Shown piece by piece: positions 12,785-26,625 of a stretch of DNA of 64,000 nucleotides (the stretch's first letter is position 1; every line of letters starts with the position of its first letter). The position numbers were made by a program, and so were the translations under genes. The DNA comes from Mobula hypostoma (taxonomy: Eukaryota): positions 51,152,001 through 51,216,000 of the forward strand of contig NC_086108.1 in assembly GCF_963921235.1 (NCBI RefSeq). The letters run 5' to 3'. The notes under the pieces are model-generated. The model was not told the origin of the DNA, did not search any database, and worked only from the letters and a program-made list of their open reading frames with translations.

Positions 12785-13900
12785 TTGAACATAGAACAGT
12801 GCAGCATAGGATCAGTCCCTTTGCCCCACAATGTAGTGCCAAACTAATTGAATTTGTAATCTAATGCCCAACTAAAATAATTCCTTCTGCCTGTACAACG
12901 TCAATATTCTTCCATTTCCAAGAGGCTCTTAGATAGACATTAATGTATCTAAGAGCCTCTTGGACACTTCTAGCATATTTATTTCCACTGCCACCCATCA
13001 CTCTGTATAAAAAAAACTTACTGCCTTTCAATTTAAATGCACATCCTCTGGAATTAGACATTTCAACAGTTAGAAAAAGAGACTAGCTATCTACTCTATC
13101 TGTGCCTGTCATGATCATACAAGCCTCTATCAGATTTCCCCTCAACCTCCACTGCTCCAGAGAAAAAACACAAGTTTTCCAACTTCTCCTTAGCACATGC
13201 CTTCAGATCCAGACAGCATCCCAGCAAACTCCTTCTGCACTCTCTCCACAGCCTTGACATCCTTCTGATCATAGGAAGACCATAAATGAATGAAGTACTC
13301 CAGATGAAGTTTTATAAAGATGCAACTTTCAGTGCCTTGACTAATAAAGGATAGCATGTCCTTGCCTTTTTTACCATTCTAATACCTGTGCCACACTTCC
13401 AGTGAGTTATGGACTTAGACCCCAAGATCCCTCCGTGGATCAACACTGTGTATCAATGTTGTACTGTCTCTTTACATTTGATCTCCCAATGTGAAACACT
13501 TCACACTTGGCTGTGTTAAACTTCATTGCCATTTCTCTGCAACTGATCTATATCCCACTTAATTCATTACCAGTCTTCTAGGCTATCTACACCACCAACC
13601 TTTTGTATTGTCTGCTAACTTACGAACCACCCATCTAAGCTTTTATCCACTATCTTCTTCTATGGGCAAGCATTCTGAATCTAAACAGCACAATTCACAG
13701 TGGACCCCAGACACTTAATCTTCTGGATGAGCTGCCTATGAGAGACCTTACTAAAGTCCCATGTAAACAATATCCACTGCTCAACTTTCATCAACCATCA
13801 GCGTCACTTCTTCAAAAAGCTCAGTCAAGTTAGTAACCCATGATTTGCCCCGCACAAAGCCACGGTGATTGGTGCTCAATAGGCCATGATTTTCTAAATT
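12785..13900 (-). mobile_element. Decayed CR1-type LINE 3' fragment
   Basis: Resembles the reverse complement of the other CR1 3' ends in the window. Confidence 0.7.
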
Positions 13901-14627
13901 AAGCTGAATGTAACAGGCCCTCGATTCCATTTCTCATGTCATTCAAAAACAAAATATACAAAAATTACAGGAAACAAATCTGTACACAAAACCATTCAGT
14001 ATAATTTTCATTGTATTGAAGAAACTTATACATGTTGTTATATGGAATAAAAAGAGTCAATGATAGAACAGTAACAAAATTGTAAAAAAAATGTTTACTG
14101 GGGTGCATATTTTGTTAAAACAGAAATTAAAATGCCACTCAGGTTATAAAATGGAAGCGAAAAGAAATGGGCAGAACTAGACACTAAAAGTTGTGCTCAG
14201 GCGAACAGCCTAGATTTGATTAACCTGCCTTTCTCCCATTCAAATTCTGATAGTTCTGCCCCACGTTACAAGTTAGTTGTAAAGAACACGTAAAAGAAAT
14301 TCCATGTATTTTTAAAGTCAAAGCTGAACAAATAAGCACCCAGTCAAAAAGTACTCTCCAGCATGTGTCAAAGAGCAAAGCTAGTTGTGTGAAAACGTGG
14401 AGTCAGTTAGGTAAATCTAAGTCACAAATCTGTTTGTAACCGATGTAATTAGCAAGGTAGCATTAGACAATAAAAAAGTGCTACAAGTAACTGAAAGAAA
14501 TACAGGAATCACTCAGATAAAGCTTAAATATCTCTATTAAATCATGTTTTCCAAATTATCCACACATTTTAACATCTTAATTCTCAATTGACCACTATCA
14601 AATTTTAAAGATTAACTTACTAGCTTA

Positions 14628-14756
<129 letters not shown>

Positions 14757-15375
14757 TTAAAATAAGATTTTAAGGATATCACATCAAATTTTCAGGCTTC
14801 ATCTACCCATGTAAAATAAATAGAAAAATAATGTTCTTAAAAAGTGGCTACTGTAAATGGTATTATAATTGAAGGATATTATTCCAAAATTAGCCTGGAA
14901 AGCAAACTTCACCTATTTTAACACCATTCTGCTCAAACCTATCTTCCAGTTTCTCCCATACTAACTACCAAATCAAAAGTGTTCAAAGCTCTCACACTTT
15001 TTCCCATAGTCCAAGATAAACCAGGAGGCTGCCTCTACTACATTACTTCTTTACCATTACACACTCAAAGGATCTCCCCAAATTGCAGCTCCAAACTCTT
15101 ATCTCCCCGAGTGTCCCTTAGCTCTCTCATGAGTGTGGCTTATTTTGTCAACAAGAACAAGGTCCTCCTTCTTTATCCCACTGAGAATTCTGACATAAGA
15201 ATGTGTACTTCAGGAAGGGGAATTTAGGAGAACACAAACTAGTCTTCATTGAAGGGTCAGCAAGTTCCTGGGTGACAGCATCTAAAAAGCTCAATCCTGG
15301 CTCCAACATATTGATCCAATCATGATGAGGGCATACAGGAGCTCTACTTCATTAGGAGTTTGAGGATATTTGGTG

Positions 15376-16262
15376 CAGTTGCAAGAAGAGGTTTGTGAAC
15401 CCTTTGTGATTACCTGGTTTTCTATTAATTACTCATGAAATGTGGTCCGATCTTTACCGAAGTCACAATAATAGACAAACACAATCTACCCTGAACTAAT
15501 AACATACAAAAATTGTATTTTTCATGCCTGTATTGAACACATTGTTTTATCGTTCACAGTCCAGGATGGAAAAAGTATGTGAACCCTTGTATTTAATAAC
15601 TGGTAGAACCTCTTCCAGCAGCAATAACCTCCACCAAATGTTTCCTATGGCTGCTGATCAGACTTGTACAATGACGAGGAGGAACTTTGAACCATTCCTC
15701 CATATAAAATAGTTTCAGCTCATCAATATTTCTGGGCTACACTGCATGAACAGCCCTTTTCAGGTCATGCCAGCATCTCATTTGGGTTAAGGACTGGACT
15801 CTGACTTGGTCATACCAAAACACAAATTTTCTTTTTTAAACCATTCTGTTGTTGATTTACTCTTCTGTTTTGAATCATTGTCGCATCATCCAACTTCTAT
15901 TAAGCTTCAGGTAATGGACCACTACCCTGACATTTTCCTATAAAATGTCTTGATGCAATTTTGAATTCATTCTTCCCTCAACGATTGCAAGCTGTCCAGG
16001 CTCTGAGGCAGCAAAGCAGTCCCAAAATATGATGCTCCTTCCACCATGCTTCACAGCTGGGATGAGGTTTTGGTGTTAATGTGCTTGCCCTTTTCCCTCC
16101 AAACATCACAGTGTGCATTTCTGCCAAAAAGTTCAACTTTTGTCTCAACTGTCCACAGAATATTGTCCCAGCAGCACTGTGGAACATCCAGGTGGTCTTT
16201 TGTAAACTTGAGATGAGCAGCAATTTTTTTTTTTGGAGAGGAGTGGTTTCCTCAGTGGTGTC
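15376..16262 (-). mobile_element. Truncated Tc1 copy (one TIR plus transposase C-terminal half), same family as 6581-8143
   Basis: Begins CAGTTGCAAGAAGAGGTTTGTGAACCC and is collinear with 6581-7445. Confidence 0.88.
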
Positions 16263-16309
16263 TACGCTGATTTTGCTCACTTATAGTCCCTCAAAAGAAC
16301 ACAATAGCG

Positions 16310-16569
16310 TACAGGTACGCTAGATGAATTCCTCCATCAATAACAATTAGCAACTAATACAGTTTTATAGTACAGTAGCAGTATTGATAGTGCTCTAATC
16401 TGTTCTGTATTTCATTTAAGTACATAATTTATCACTCAGACAAGTGGTAGTTCATTTTCTTTTAATACATTTTGAACTATTTCCGTGAAACTGCGGCTAA
16501 TTGCAGCAGCAGTTTAATTTGGCCAAAATGTACTGGTCGCAATCTGTCCCAATTAACAGGAATCCATTG
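16310..16569. mobile_element. Terminal fragment of the Tigger/pogo-like non-autonomous element also seen at 50859-51963
   Basis: Shares GGCCAAAATGTAC...TCCCAAT...GGAATCCA(C/T)TG with 51915-51963. Confidence 0.6.
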
Positions 16570-16899
16570 AACTTGTTATTGCAATTTGTAGTTTTTTTGT
16601 GATGTATTACACTGCATTGCTTCCACAAAACAACAAATTTCATGACATACACCAGTGATAGCAAACCTGAAGCTGGTTGGTATGGTGGGATATCTGAAAT
16701 CGGAATATTCAATGTTCATATCAAATACAAATACCCAAGTCAAATACAAGATACTGCTCTTTGGCTTCATCATGGCAACAGAGAAAGGTAGATGACAAGT
16801 TGGTGTGGAAATGGGGAAACTGAGTAGAAATTATGCTCAAGACAGCTGTTACAGATTGAGAATGTGTGTTTGGCCAAAACTGTTGACTTGTCAACACTT

Positions 16900-17720
16900 C
16901 GTTTTGTGAATTTAGAGGAAGCCACACAGAACCACCAAATACAGTACTCGAGACATGGTTAAGGATATACAGGTGAATCTCTGCTTCACCTGGAAGCGTT
17001 GTTTAGATCTCTGGACAAGTATTGCCCTGCAATAGTTGCAAGGAAAAGTTCTAGGGGAACAGGGAGGGTGGGACAGAGGAATAGAGGGATAAGTAGACCG
17101 GGGTTCATAGCGTGGCTCCTGTGGAAAGCTGGAAATAGTCGCAGTATGGAGGCGGGGTGGGGGAAGAGAAAGTTGTGACTGGTGGTGGGGTTCTGATGGA
17201 ACTGCAGGAAATGGCGAAGGATGATATTCCAGATGCAGAGACTAGTGGGATGAACAGCAAGGACCACGGGTCTCTCAACTCGGTATGCGGGAGGGGGTGA
17301 TAGTGAAATGGAGAAAATGCAAGTAGAATCTCCAACCAAAGTAAAAAGGAATCAATGTTTTCTGAGAAAGGATAACATTTCAGAAGTCCTGGAATGGAAA
17401 GACTCATCTTTCTTCCCCACCCCACCACCCACCAATTCATTTCCACATTTTACCCACGAACCTCAGCCTCAACTTTCCTTCTGTCCTTCCTGGCTCCATC
17501 CACCAATCACCCACCACGTAACAGCCCATTTCTCACTCTTCTCTCATTTCTCTTTCCCAAAATGCCAACCACCCCTTTGAAATTTCCTCAAGCTTCAGAG
17601 ACAACACCACCACCAAATACACTATCTCCTTCTCTCCCCTTTCAAATTTTGAAAGGAACTCTTTGCATCTCCCTGGTTTGCTCTTCTATCTCCACCATCA
17701 CTCCCCAAGGAATGACATTT
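16900..17720. mobile_element. Old Penelope-like remnants in both orientations
   Basis: HPTSLCIWNIILRHFLQFHQNPTTSH (minus strand) is homologous to HPTSLRVQHIILRNFRHLQRDPTTKH in the young PLE. Confidence 0.65.
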
Positions 17721-17809
17721 TACCATGCATTCATTAACACATCTTTCAATCCAACATTCTGCATTCTTGTTCACAATAAACGAAAGGACTCTCTAGAGTG
17801 TTATAGAAT

Positions 17810-18360
17810 GGAGATTGTAGAGGTACAAGTACATAGTTCCTTGAAAGTGGTACCACAGGTAGAGAGGATGGAGAAGGCGGCCTAGCAATAAGGATGTCAT
17901 TCAGCTGGAATGGTTGCAGAAAAGATTAACAAGGATGTTGCTGGGACTGAAGAGCTTGAGCTCTGGAAACTGAACATACAGTGGCTTTTTGCCTGGAGTG
18001 TTGAAGGCTGACCTTACAGAGTTATTTAAAATCATGTAGCAATAGAGTCTTTTTCCTGGTGTAGGAGTGTCAAAAACCTGAGGGTAAAGATTTAAAGGAG
18101 GGAAAATTTAAATTGAACACGAAAGCAGCTCTTCCCCCCACCCCCCCACACCCACACAGAGGATGTAGAAGAAGCTGTCAGAAGTAGTAGTAGAGGCATG
18201 AACAATAATGATATTTAAAAGGCATTCATAGGTATGTGGATTGGAAAGGTTTGGAGAAATGTGGGTCAAATACAGGCATGTGAGTCTAGTTCAGGTTTGT
18301 AATTTGCTCAACATGGATGTTGGTTGTGAGGTATGCTTCCATGCTGTACAATTCTATCGC
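17810..18360 (+). mobile_element. Decayed CR1-type 3' fragment
   Basis: Similar to 2690-3325 and 34985-35800. Confidence 0.6.
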
Positions 18361-18714
18361 TCTTTGTGGTTTCTTCGCCATCAGAGAGACCAAAAGCAGA
18401 ACAGTTGACTGCTTTACAAGGCAGTTGTGTTCAGTCCCCGGAGGCATCCAAACTTTCCCTTGCCTGCCATTTTAATTGTCTATCCCAATTTGATCTATCT
18501 GTGACCTCATGCATTGTTATAATGATGCCTGGCCCACATTTTAGAAACAGCACCTCAGCTTCTAGCTAGGAACATTGCAACTTTCTGAAAACAACATTGA
18601 ATTCTTCAATTTCAGGTAACTCGCTTTCACTTTTTATCTCAATATTAGCCAGCTACCACCGGAAAGGTTGTACAGAAGCTAGAACTTCTACAGCACCAAC
18701 TCCCACCCCCCATC

Positions 18715-19315
18715 CTCACCACATTCTACAGAGGTTGTATTGAGAGCATCCTGAGCAGCTGCTTCACTGCCTGGTTCGGAAATTGCACCATCTCGGATCG
18801 CAAGACCCTGCAGCGGATAGTGAGGTCAGCTGAGGAGATCATCGGGGTCTCTCTTCCCGCCATTACAGACATTTACATTACACGCTGCATCCGTAAAGCA
18901 AGCAGCATTATTAAGGACCACACACACCCCTCATACAAGCTCTTCTCCCTCCTGCCATCTAGCAAAAGGCACCAAAGCGTTCGGGGTCTCATGACCAGAC
19001 TATGTAACAGTTTCTTCCCCCAAGCCATCAGACTCAATACCCAGAGCCTGAACTGACACCAACCTACTGTCCTCTACTGTGCCTACTGTCTTGTTTATTA
19101 TTTATTGTAATGCCTGCACTGTTTTGTGCACTTTATGCAGTCCTGGGTAGGTCTGTAGTCTAGTGTAGTTTTTGTGTTGTTTTACGTAGTTCAGTGTAGT
19201 CTTTGTATTGTTTCATGTAGCACCATGGTCCTGAAGAACGTTGTCTCGTTTTTACTGTGTACTGTACCAGTAGTTATGGTTTAAGTGACAATAAAAAGTG
19301 ATTTCACTTGACTTG
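18715..19315 (+). mobile_element. Rex1/Babar LINE 3' end with (ACTTG)n tail
   Basis: FYRGCIESILSSC..AWFGNC...LCNSFFPQAIR C-terminal domain; AATAAA followed by a short tandem tail. Confidence 0.82.
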
Positions 19316-20479
19316 AAGAACAGCTACTTTCCTTCAACTATTCAGTTTTTGAACCAACCAGCAAAACCCTAATCACTAACTTAGCAATACTACAGTGCAA
19401 CCACTGACTTCCTTGCATTAAAATGGACTTTTTTTGTTAAAGCTGTTCTATGTTTTCTTGTAAAAGTTGCGTATAATTCATGTTTGTTTTCCTTGTGAAT
19501 GTTGTTTAAAATGTACTATGTGCCTGTGATGCTGCTGCAAGTAGTTTTTCGTTACACCTACAGTATGCAGAAATATACTCGTGCATGTGACAACAATAAA
19601 CTCGAACTTAACACTGAAACTACTGAAGTACCAGGTTCACAGGCAAGGTTGTCACTTGCTGAATGCTTGTCATTGAGTGACCTTGTAATTCACTAACATA
19701 CAAAATTACCCAAGATATATTAAAAAAATTTAAATTCCTGTTTCATAATTCCTCAAGATACAGAAAGATATAAAAGGTCATACAGTCCATCATGTCTATG
19801 ACAGATTCAGAGTACATAAAATCGGTCCTTTTCCCAATTCCACACAACTAACTTAATTCAAGAATGAAAGAACAACAACTGCTCATGATTAAAAACAATT
19901 CAACTACATTACAGCAAATAAAAAAAGTCCATTAGCTTTTCTCTTGGTAGACAGCTTCTCCATTTAATGGGGCTGCTGTATTTGCACTGGGTTTTATCAA
20001 ACACAGGCTCAGTGGGCAGATTTCCCAGTTGCAGAATTGGGAAAGCTGCAGAAATTGATGCTTCCCTGTTGTTCTCCACAAGGAGTCTGCAGAATCAGCA
20101 TAGGTGGCCTGAGGCCATGCTCTGCTGTGTGGAAGGCTGCACTGAAGTATGTGTTCTGTATTGGGGGGTCTAGTTAAGGGCTTATTTGCTTACAGATCTG
20201 AGTGGATTTTACTGAATTACAATGAAGGTTGAAATGAAGTCACTCAGTGAAGATAGGATATTTTATAGCACTTGAATAGATGGCAGGGGAAAACTAATTT
20301 TAAGTGAGAAGTAAAAGAGATTAAACAAGGTGAAATACTCAAAAGATAAACACTAAAATGAGTGGGAAAACAAACCAAGATATGATGAGATACTAAGCAT
20401 CACATCACTGCCACAACATACAAGGTATAGCAATGATAGGCAATTGGGAACATATCATGAACAGCAAACTGACAGTGAC

Positions 20480-20700
20480 CAAGTAATATGAATTTTTGAT
20501 AAATATTGGCATAACACAGAAAACAATCTGCCAATATGGGATCTCTTACACCAGTCTGGGAATGCACTTATGGCCTCAATCTTATGTCTCATCCAAAAGG
20601 AAGCAATTCCTTTAATACTGCACTGGAGCTTTACCCTTGAAGAGACTATGAACCTACAACTATCTGACTCAATAGCAGAAGTGAAACCAGCTGGACTATG
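20480..20700 (-). mobile_element. Decayed DeuSINE/SacSINE1-like SINE
   Basis: Minus strand reads GAGTCAGATAGTTGTAGGTTCA...CTCCAGTGCAGTATT...TTTTGGATGAGACAT...GAGGCC...AAGAGATCCCAT, resembling the tRNA head plus Deu domain as recalled. Confidence 0.55.
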
Positions 20701-23700
20701 GTCTGCACAAACAAGGTAACAATAAAACATATTTAAAATATTAGAGAACTCCATTTAAAAAAACATGTAATACAATAACTTATGAAGGCATCCAATTCTC
20801 TTCAGATAATAGATTTTGCTGGGTGAAAGACTATATGAAATTGATTTGAATGTGCAGATCTTTGGACAATGATGCTTAAGTTTACAGCTTTTCACAAGTA
20901 ATGCACACTTCAAATTTAACAACCTATTTGTAAACTTTATCTTTTTTTAGGAAGTCTGCGCAAGAGACAGAAACTCAGGCAATATTTGCACATAGTCTAT
21001 TAAAACCATGTGTGTTTTGTCCAACACCAGGAGAAAAAAAAGCATCTCCACTTAATTGAGAAAACAGGAGGAAGCATAAATTTTACTGCCATCAATAACT
21101 TCAAGCAATCCTGATACAACTTTACTGCACCCCCACCAGCTGTGGCAGATGGTTTTAGTTAGGGTTTTTGCCACATCTGACCCCTGCTATTACCTCACTT
21201 CATTTGTAGAAAAAATGTATGATTGTTTATAAGCTGAATAGTAAAAGATTGGCCCTAAAAATAACAAGCAATGGTCTATTAAATCTAAAGAAGAACTACA
21301 GTAGCAATAAGGGCCTCTTTTATAGTAATCTGCAAGATTAATTGTCCCCCAAAGTCTGGTGAGGTAGTTAAGTCAGATACATAGATTTTGGCAGCAGTTA
21401 TGTTAACTAAAACAGACAAGAAAAGTATATCACACAAACAGCATTATAACATACTTAATATTAACTCTTAAGGGACAAAACAGCACAGAAGAGATACAAA
21501 TTTTGAAAATAAAAGTGATTAGCTTATTCCTCTGTCAGCTTCTTGGTTCTCCCTTCCTCTGGTGGATACAATGGGATGTTTTCCAGGGTTTATTATAAGT
21601 ATCATGTCTGCCACTCCATAACAGATATAGAAAACATGAACACGCTAGCATTGAGTGCTCTCTACATTAATTGAACTTTGAGAACAAGTGAATCTTCCTT
21701 ACAGAGGAATACAAGTGTAAAAGAAACTAGAAGCAAATTTCAAAATCAAGGTGGCTCTATGTTACAGTCTTCCCAGTTTCTCTTCACACTCTCTAACAAA
21801 GTCAGCTACAACTTCATTGTAAAATATACAGTGACTTTCTGCCAACTCAATGCAAAAGAGTAATCCTTTGCTTGCACTTAATGAAGCTTTAAGTTAGAAA
21901 AAAAAGTTATAATCATTAGTGACTCTATGTTAGCCAAGATGACACATTAAAACAATTTCACTTTAGAAAATTTAGACAGTATTATTTATCCCCTAGCATT
22001 GGCAAAATATGTCACCATGAAACAAACTTAAAAGCTAAAGGCTCTTAAATAAGTGCAATCAATTCATACAGTGTATAGTCAGAGTCAGAATTAGGTATAT
22101 TATCACTGACATACATGTCGTGAAATTTGTTCATAACAATATCAAATCTTATCAAATCTTACCAAGAACAATTACCATTTTACCAAGAATAAGTTGCACA
22201 AAGAATAATGTTGTGACTTAACACGACCTTGTGAATAACATTGCAATTGGATGTACATATACTCTTAAGTCAATAACTGATTTTTTAATTTTAATACTAA
22301 TATTTCAAAAGGCATGATATAGGTGATTAAAGTGCAGCAGATTTCTTGGATAATTACAAAGTAATAAACTGATAAGTAGAAACATTAAGATGAGAGATGT
22401 AAACACCTAACTGTGAAACAAAATAAGTAAGATGGACTCTACAGTTCTCATTGTTAGTTCAAAAACTATAAATGATGGGTACTGTGAGCTCTTTTTATTT
22501 GAAACTTCTCAACAGAAAAAAAAACTTCCACTTCAACTTTTTTTTTGCACTTTATGGTGAAGCTTCCATGTCAAGTAACACGAGGAAATAAGAGGAATAA
22601 TAATACATGTCCCCTGTACCTAATGCAAGTATTTCACAATGCAGGTACCTACTCCCAAATAAAGCATAAAATCGTCAAAAAGTTGGGGGGGGGTGCAGGG
22701 GCAACTCCTACATGAAAGCTTGTGCCTCTTTAACAGGAGTGAGAATTTCTGAGACAAACCCTAAAGGAGTAAAGAAAATACCAAGACAGTTTTTCAGGAG
22801 TAAAACTAAGCAGTTGATAAGCAGGTACTAATAAATAAGGAAAAGTAGAAACCAATTAACCATAAATATATTAATTCTGTGAAGATTAGAAAAGATTAAA
22901 AGATTAACTCATGAACGATATAACTATTAGCTATTTAAGTTGGTTCAATTCAGAAATCAACATAATTTGGAGATAAATTTACATGAAACTAATTCAGAAC
23001 CTATAAACTGAGTTGCAGCTTTGCTAACATTTCTGCTACAGTTTTGCAGTGCCCTGGTCTGGAAAATGCGAGAAACATCAGCTGGAATTCTACCATCCAA
23101 TTGCACCTGCAAATTATTCAGATGAAGTAAAGGATTATGGCTCTGTACTGAATGGTGACATTGGAGTAAATTGGTTTCAGTCTCAGAAATAAAAACCTTT
23201 AGAAAGCAGTACAAAAACACTTCCTAAATGTCACTTTTTGGGATCTTATTAGTCACAAAATTTTATGAGTCATGAAAGCTCAGCAATTTACAGAGGAATG
23301 ATTAATATTCACATTGAAGCATGCTTTTTCACCGAATGTAACTGAACACAAAGAAAATAATATAAAAAATGATGGAAATCCATAATCAGTATTGCGCAAA
23401 AGGGAGGGAACAGCTTTCAGCTGCTACCAACACTGCTAATTTTAAATATTTTTTCTGCTCTTTCAGATTCCAGGAATAATGCTTGTTTCTGGAAAAAAAA
23501 AGTACTGCATTAAACACTGAGGCATGAAATTTAGAATTTAAATAGAGAGAATTGTGTGATTTGAAAGGTGCAACAATAGCGATGAGAAGTAAAATGACAT
23601 ATAATTATATGCTTTCAGAGGAAGAAAATGGAACAGGCCTGGTATTTCCCACTGTTTGTTTGAAAAGGTATGATTTCATAGAAAACAGAAGCATTGCTGG

Positions 23701-24009
23701 CTTCCTAATCGTTTCAGTCTATGACTTGGATTCAGCTCCATAAGATGAATACAATTATTTGGATGGCTAAAAGGCATTGTAGAAATAAATGTTCTCACCC
23801 TGTCAACAAATTCCATTTATATACTTTTTAAAAAATTAATCCCATAAGAGGCTGCAAGGGAGAAATTGGAGCCCACTTGAGCATTGAAGTGATGCAAAAA
23901 AATGCTTTTTGAGAAAATCTTTAAAGCTAAAAAGAAGGATCTCTGGGGACAGATAAGAAGTCAGAAACCAATAGGGAAATTGAGAAACAAGGGAATTCAT
24001 ATGGTCCCA

Positions 24010-24850
24010 ACAAGAGAAAATTTGCATATTCTGGAAATCTGAGCAACACGCACAAAATGCTGGAGGAACTCAGCTAGCCAGGTAGCATCTATGGAAAAGA
24101 GTACAGTCGACGATTCTGACCAAAAAGAGCTGGGAAGTTGGTTGGTGAGAGACAGAAGGCTACGGAAGAAAGATAAAGGGGGGAGAAGAACCAGAGGGAG
24201 GCACTGGGCAGGCAAGAGGATAAGGTTTGAGAGGGAAAAGGGGATGGGGATATCCCACCACCAAGAAGATCTTCCCCGCCCCCCTTCCCCACTTTCTGCT
24301 TTCCGCAGGGATTGCTCCCTATGTGACTCCCTTGTCCACTCGTCCCTCCCCCACTGATCTCCCTCCTGGCACTCATCCTTGCAAGGGGAACAAGTACTAC
24401 ACCTGCCCCTACATTTTCTCCCTCACTACCATTCAGGGCCCTAAACAGTCCTTCCAGGTGAGGCAACACTTCACCTGTGAGTCTACTGGGGTCACCTACT
24501 GTATCTGGTGCTTCTGTGTGGCTGCCTGTATATCGGTAAGACTCAAGGTAGATTGAGAGACCACTTCATCAAACATCTATGCTCTGTCTGCCAGAACAAG
24601 TGGGATCTTTCAGTGACTACCCATTTTAATTACCATTCCAATACATCTATCCATGGCCTCCTCCACTGCTGTGATGTCGTGATGAGACTAACTTAGGTTA
24701 GAAGATCAACACCTTATATTCCATTTGGGTAGCCTCCGACCTGATGGCATGAACATTGACTTCTCAAACTTTTGGTAATGGCCCCCAACCCCTCCACCCC
24801 TCTCCATTTCCCATCCCCTTTTCTCTCTTCCAACTTATCTCAACTGATAC
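24010..24850 (+). mobile_element. Older Penelope-like copy: inverted tail segment (24010-~24245, minus) followed by a plus-strand GIY-YIG remnant
   Basis: TDLPPGTHPCKGNKYYTCPY...QGPKQSFQVRQHFTCESTGVTYC; the upstream segment is the reverse complement of the PLE tail, a typical PLE inverted arrangement. Confidence 0.85.
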
Positions 24851-24860
24851 TTTTTTTCCA

Positions 24861-24924
24861 TACCCTATGAATTTGAGCAACACACAAACAGCATCTTTTG
24901 TGTGTTGCTCAAATTCATAGGGTA
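24861..24924. repeat. Perfect 28-bp inverted repeat with an 8-nt spacer at the end of the PLE copy
   Basis: TACCCTATGAATTTGAGCAACACACAAA-cagcatct-TTTGTGTGTTGCTCAAATTCATAGGGTA. Confidence 0.95.
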
Positions 24925-25534
24925 ATTGTGCAAGGTAAAGGGATGTCTAAAGTTACCAAAGCTAATGGGAAAGTAAAAGAGATAGAATAGAACAAAGCTA
25001 TGCATGGATTTCCAAAAGAGAATGAAGATTCCAGGAAACAGAAAGTAAAAAAAAACTATAAATTAGAATGGTTTAGATAGCTGCAGTTGCTTATTTGCCT
25101 TTATGGTGCATTGAGATTAAAAGATGGGTACACTTCAAGTAATAACATATTGGAATTCATTTCCTCAGGAATAGGTACAAGGCGTAAGTGGATAGCAGTA
25201 AGACACTGAAAAAAAGACCTTTGAGGCACAGCTCAGATACCAGAAAACAGCCAAGTTAAGTTCAGTCTGATTCAGAAGACCTTGAACAAAATAAGTTATA
25301 TGATTGGTGACAAGAACACAGGGGATTTTTTTCTGGGTGGGGGCTTAAGGAAACACATGAAAGTTCTGAGGCAATGAACTGGAGAAACAGGCCAACATTG
25401 AATCCTTTCACATCTGAAAGGGAAAGACCAAAGGTTGAAAAAAAAGATCCTATCTGAATTCTATAGTACCACTGAAAATAAGAAATTTTCTTTCTCTAAA
25501 AGCTGTGCATATTCATCTATTTCTCTAGTACAGA

Positions 25535-26625
25535 TCATACTCCAAGTTCTAATCAAAAAGCTCTAAAACCTGGGCCTCTGCACCTCCCTCTACAATTTGA
25601 TCTTTAAATGCCTCACTGGGAGGCCAGTCTGTGCGGATCAGAAATAATATCTCCTACTCGCTGACAATCAACACAGGTACACCTCAAGGATGCATGCCTA
25701 GTCCATTGCTCTGCTCTCTCTACACCCCAACTGTGTGGCTAGGCACAGCTCAAACGGCATCTATACATTTGCCAATAACACAACCACTATTGACAGAAGT
25801 TCAGATGGTGACAAGATGGCGTAGAGGAGTTAGATAGATCAGTTAGTTGAGTAATATAGCAGCAACAACGTTGCACTCACGTCAGTAAGACCGAGGAATT
25901 GATTGTGGACCTCAGCAAGGGGAAGTTAAGGGAATACACACCAGTCCTCGTCAAGGGAACAGAAGTGGAAAGGGTGAGTAGTTTCAAGTTCAAAGATGTC
26001 AACATCTCTGAGGATACATCTTGGGCCCAACTTATTGATGCAATTACGAAGAAGGTATGACAGCAAACATATTTCATTAGGGATTTGAGGAGAATTTGTA
26101 TGTCACTGAAGAAACTCCCAAATTTCTACAGATATACTATGGAGAGCATTCTAACTGGTTGCATCACCGTCTGGTATGGAGTGGCCACTGCACAGGATCA
26201 GAAAAACCTGCAGAAAATTGTAAACTTAACCAACTCCATCATAGGCACCATCTTCCCCAGCATCCAGAACACCTTCAAAAGTTGATGCCTCAAAAAGGCG
26301 ACATCCATCATTAACATCCCCTCCTCACCCAGGACATGCCCTCTTCTCATTACTACCATCAAGGAGGTGGCACAGGAGCCTGAAAACACATACTCAAATG
26401 TTTCAGAAACAGCTTCTTTCTCTCCATCAGATTTCTGAATGGATAGTGAACCCAGGAATACTACCTCAGTATTTCCCCCCTCTCTTTTTGCACTACTTAT
26501 TATATTTATATATATACTTTGTATTGCAATTTATAGTTTTTATTACTATGAATTGCAATGTACTGCTGCAAAATAACAAATCTCAAGATATATGCAGTGA
26601 CATTAAACATGATATTGATTCTGAT
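25535..26625 (+). mobile_element. Rex1/Babar LINE 3' fragment
   Basis: LTINTGTPQGC..SPLL; NFYRYTMESILTGCITVWYG; GATTCT-type tail. Confidence 0.85.
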
